From assembly GCA_050013255.1 (NCBI GenBank), contig JBEKFP010000001.1, positions 512,001 through 576,000 of the forward strand: 64,000 nt of DNA, given 5' to 3'. A program made the position numbers and the translations under genes. Positions 61,734 to 64,000 of the stretch are shown here, in pieces; the first letter of the stretch is position 1, and each line of letters begins with the position of its first letter. Source of the stretch: Candidatus Bathyarchaeia archaeon. GTDB taxonomy: Archaea; Thermoproteota; Bathyarchaeia; 40CM-2-53-6. The notes under the pieces were generated by a model. That model saw only the letters and a list, made by a program, of their open reading frames with translations. It was not told the origin of the DNA and searched no databases.

Positions 61734-63314
61734 ATGAGTTCCGAACTATATACAAGAAAAAGTTCAGGGCTAGTCAGGACAGTCTCGACGTCACACGCAT
61801 TCATTGCAAACCTCGTTGGAATGGGCATACTCATCAACATATTCTGGGTTGTGTTTGCCTCAGCAGCCTACCCCGGTGCGGATTTAACGGCAACCGTATT
61901 TACTGGACTTGCAGTCAACGTTTTGGTCGCTTATGTGTACTGGATGCTTTCAACATCGATGCCAAGGACCGGGGGAGATTACGTCTGGGTCGGTAGAATC
62001 ATTCACCCCTCGATAGCATTCATGGTCAACGCTCTATTCGTCGTCTTAATGGTGACATGGGCCGGCGTATTTCCATTTTTCAATTCGGCATATAATCTGC
62101 AAATTCTCTTTACGAACCTCAGCCTTACAACTGGAAACCCCGCCTTTGCGAGTATCGCCACAGGCCTCACTGACCAAAGTACTATTTTCATTGTTTCTAT
62201 GGCAACAGTAGCACTTGTAGTTTTGACTATGCTTTTCTCCACAAAGACCATCTTTCGAATAGTCATCGCATTATTCGCCCTTCAAGCAGTCATTTACGTA
62301 ATCTTCATGGGAATGATGGTCACAACCAGTCATGCTGCTTTCGTCGCTGGATTCAACGCCAAATCGGGAACGACCGTAGACGCAATAGTGAAGGGAGGAA
62401 CAGGCATTCTCGGCTCGCCGATTACTTTTACAGCTGGGCAGACGGCGATCGGCCTGGTCTATACAATGACGAGCTACATTGGATATGCAAACAGCGCATA
62501 CTTCGCAGGGGAGATGAAGGGCGACCCGAGAAAATCACAAGGAATAGCCATATTTGCGACGCCTATCATCTTCTCAGTACTAATCTACGCGCTCTATGCC
62601 TCCTTATACAACGTCTTCGGACATGACTTCTTAGTTGCAGCCTCCGTTCTATGGGTGAATGGCAAGTCACCCTTGCCGTCAATTCCATCTCCTGCTTTTC
62701 TCATAAGCTACATTACTGGCAACCCAATACTTGCAATGTTAATTCCGCTGGCACTGGTTCTCAACAACTTCGGATTCGCCATGGTCTACTTCTTCGTTCC
62801 CACAAGAAACATTTTCGCATGGGCCTTCGACCGAGTCATCCCGACCAAGTTTGCAACAGTGGATAAACGAGGAGTTCCCATCTACGCAGTCATCGTGTAC
62901 GCACTTATCGCCTTCTTCTCGGTCTACGTCACGGTGTACACAAGTTGGTTCAACTACTTGTACTACGCGAACTTCGGTTGGTGGATTGCAGTCGCGATAG
63001 TGATGTTCGCCGCAGCAATCTTTCCATTCAGACGGAAGGACATCTTCTCAAGCTCACCGAAGATCGTCACCGCCAAAGTAGGTTCGATTCCTGTGATCAC
63101 AATAGTTGGCGTTGCCGGCATTTTCGCATCGCTATTCATATCCTACTCAACAATCCTACCGTCGTACAACGGCTTTCCCATCAATCCCCTCTACGTCGTT
63201 AGCATGGTTTTCGTCATGATAGCAGCATTGGCCATTTACACGATCTCATACTTCTACCAGAAATCCCGGAACATCCCCGTGGAATTGGCGATTAAAGAAC
63301 TCCCACCAATCTAG
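61734..63314 (+). CDS. APC family amino acid permease
   Basis: YTRKSSGLVR, MPRTGGDYVW, AYFAGE and FAWAFDR; 12+ TM. Confidence 0.92.
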   Translation: MSSELYTRKSSGLVRTVSTSHAFIANLVGMGILINIFWVVFASAAYPGADLTATVFTGLAVNVLVAYVYWMLSTSMPRTGGDYVWVGRIIHPSIAFMVNALFVVLMVTWAGVFPFFNSAYNLQILFTNLSLTTGNPAFASIATGLTDQSTIFIVSMATVALVVLTMLFSTKTIFRIVIALFALQAVIYVIFMGMMVTTSHAAFVAGFNAKSGTTVDAIVKGGTGILGSPITFTAGQTAIGLVYTMTSYIGYANSAYFAGEMKGDPRKSQGIAIFATPIIFSVLIYALYASLYNVFGHDFLVAASVLWVNGKSPLPSIPSPAFLISYITGNPILAMLIPLALVLNNFGFAMVYFFVPTRNIFAWAFDRVIPTKFATVDKRGVPIYAVIVYALIAFFSVYVTVYTSWFNYLYYANFGWWIAVAIVMFAAAIFPFRRKDIFSSSPKIVTAKVGSIPVITIVGVAGIFASLFISYSTILPSYNGFPINPLYVVSMVFVMIAALAIYTISYFYQKSRNIPVELAIKELPPI

Positions 63315-63432
63315 ACCGGTTCTCCCCTTCCCATTCCCTTCCATCTTTTCTTGTTCTGCGAGTCCGCGGCTGTCATAATGTCCCTTAGTTGAATGGAATG
63401 TTGCAGCGGCCCACATCATCTTTGAACAAAGG

Positions 63433-64000
63433 CTACGGTAGAATCGCAAATACTCGCGCCGGGAAGCCGCTGCCATTCTTTGGCTTGGGAAAAGCGGCGA
63501 CAATTAGGGCGCCGAACTCGGGGACTTGATCTAGACTAGCTAGTAGCTCAATTTGATAGTGGTTTGTACTAAGAACGTATCGCTCCATAGCCATATCAGG
63601 ATCGAGAACCCCCGGAGCGTTGTCTGACGTTTCGTGACCGCAAGCTGTGATCTTTCGCTCCTCGAAAAGGTATTTCAGTACCGGCATGCTCCAGCCTGGA
63701 AAATGTTCGCCAGTTGAGTCTTGGTTCAACATCGCGTGGGGATCAGGCCACCGCTTGGACCAGTCTGTTCGTAGCGCAACGAAACAACCCTCAGGAACCT
63801 TGCCGTGCTTACTCTCCCAAACTCTGATGTCATCCATGGCGACTGCGTAGTCCGCCTTCTTTGCGGCCTTCTCATGAATGTCAATAACGACTAAAGGCAG
63901 AACCATTTCCTTTACGTCAATTTGATCCAATGTTCTGGTACCTCTCACGAAGTGAGCAGGCGCATCAGCATGAGTACCCCACTGTCCCACATGTGAGTAG
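63433..64000 (-). CDS. Cyclase family protein, 5' truncated by window edge
   Basis: GQWGTHADAPAHF, GHET, QIELL and GSGFPARVFA. Confidence 0.88.
   Translation of the reverse strand, partial: YSHVGQWGTHADAPAHFVRGTRTLDQIDVKEMVLPLVVIDIHEKAAKKADYAVAMDDIRVWESKHGKVPEGCFVALRTDWSKRWPDPHAMLNQDSTGEHFPGWSMPVLKYLFEERKITACGHETSDNAPGVLDPDMAMERYVLSTNHYQIELLASLDQVPEFGALIVAAFPKPKNGSGFPARVFAILP

Overview
Archaeal chromosomal window (TACK-like, most consistent with Bathyarchaeia; inferred from the group II chaperonin, crenarchaeal-type SSB, zinc-type ferredoxin, pyruvoyl arginine decarboxylase and BHB-intron tRNA). It has about 70 CDS and no rRNA, CRISPR array or transposase. Housekeeping genes include the thermosome, a DRG GTPase, SerRS, class II ribonucleotide reductase and folE/queD/queC. 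There is a VapBC-type TA pair and a heme cluster of coproporphyrin-dependent type (radical SAM, TetR, hemC/D/B, ChdC, hemE, hemH). A ~20 kb catabolic island carries PaaF/PaaG-like crotonases, a ferritin-like diiron protein, three aminotransferases, two metallophosphoesterases, two cyclase-family proteins, two HpcH aldolases, PanB, thiolase/DUF35 and an APC permease. The most striking observation is a minus-strand tRNA-Leu(CAG) gene at 12981-13175 interrupted by four bulge-helix-bulge introns (8/9, 14/15, 30/31, 37/38), with a possible fifth. Other leads: unannotated small ORFs (12-aa Lys-rich peptide, Tyr/Pro-rich peptides, a uORF abutting pdaD, a zinc finger), a CTG-initiated aminotransferase and structured intergenic RNA candidates. 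All protein calls come from motif recognition, not database searches.
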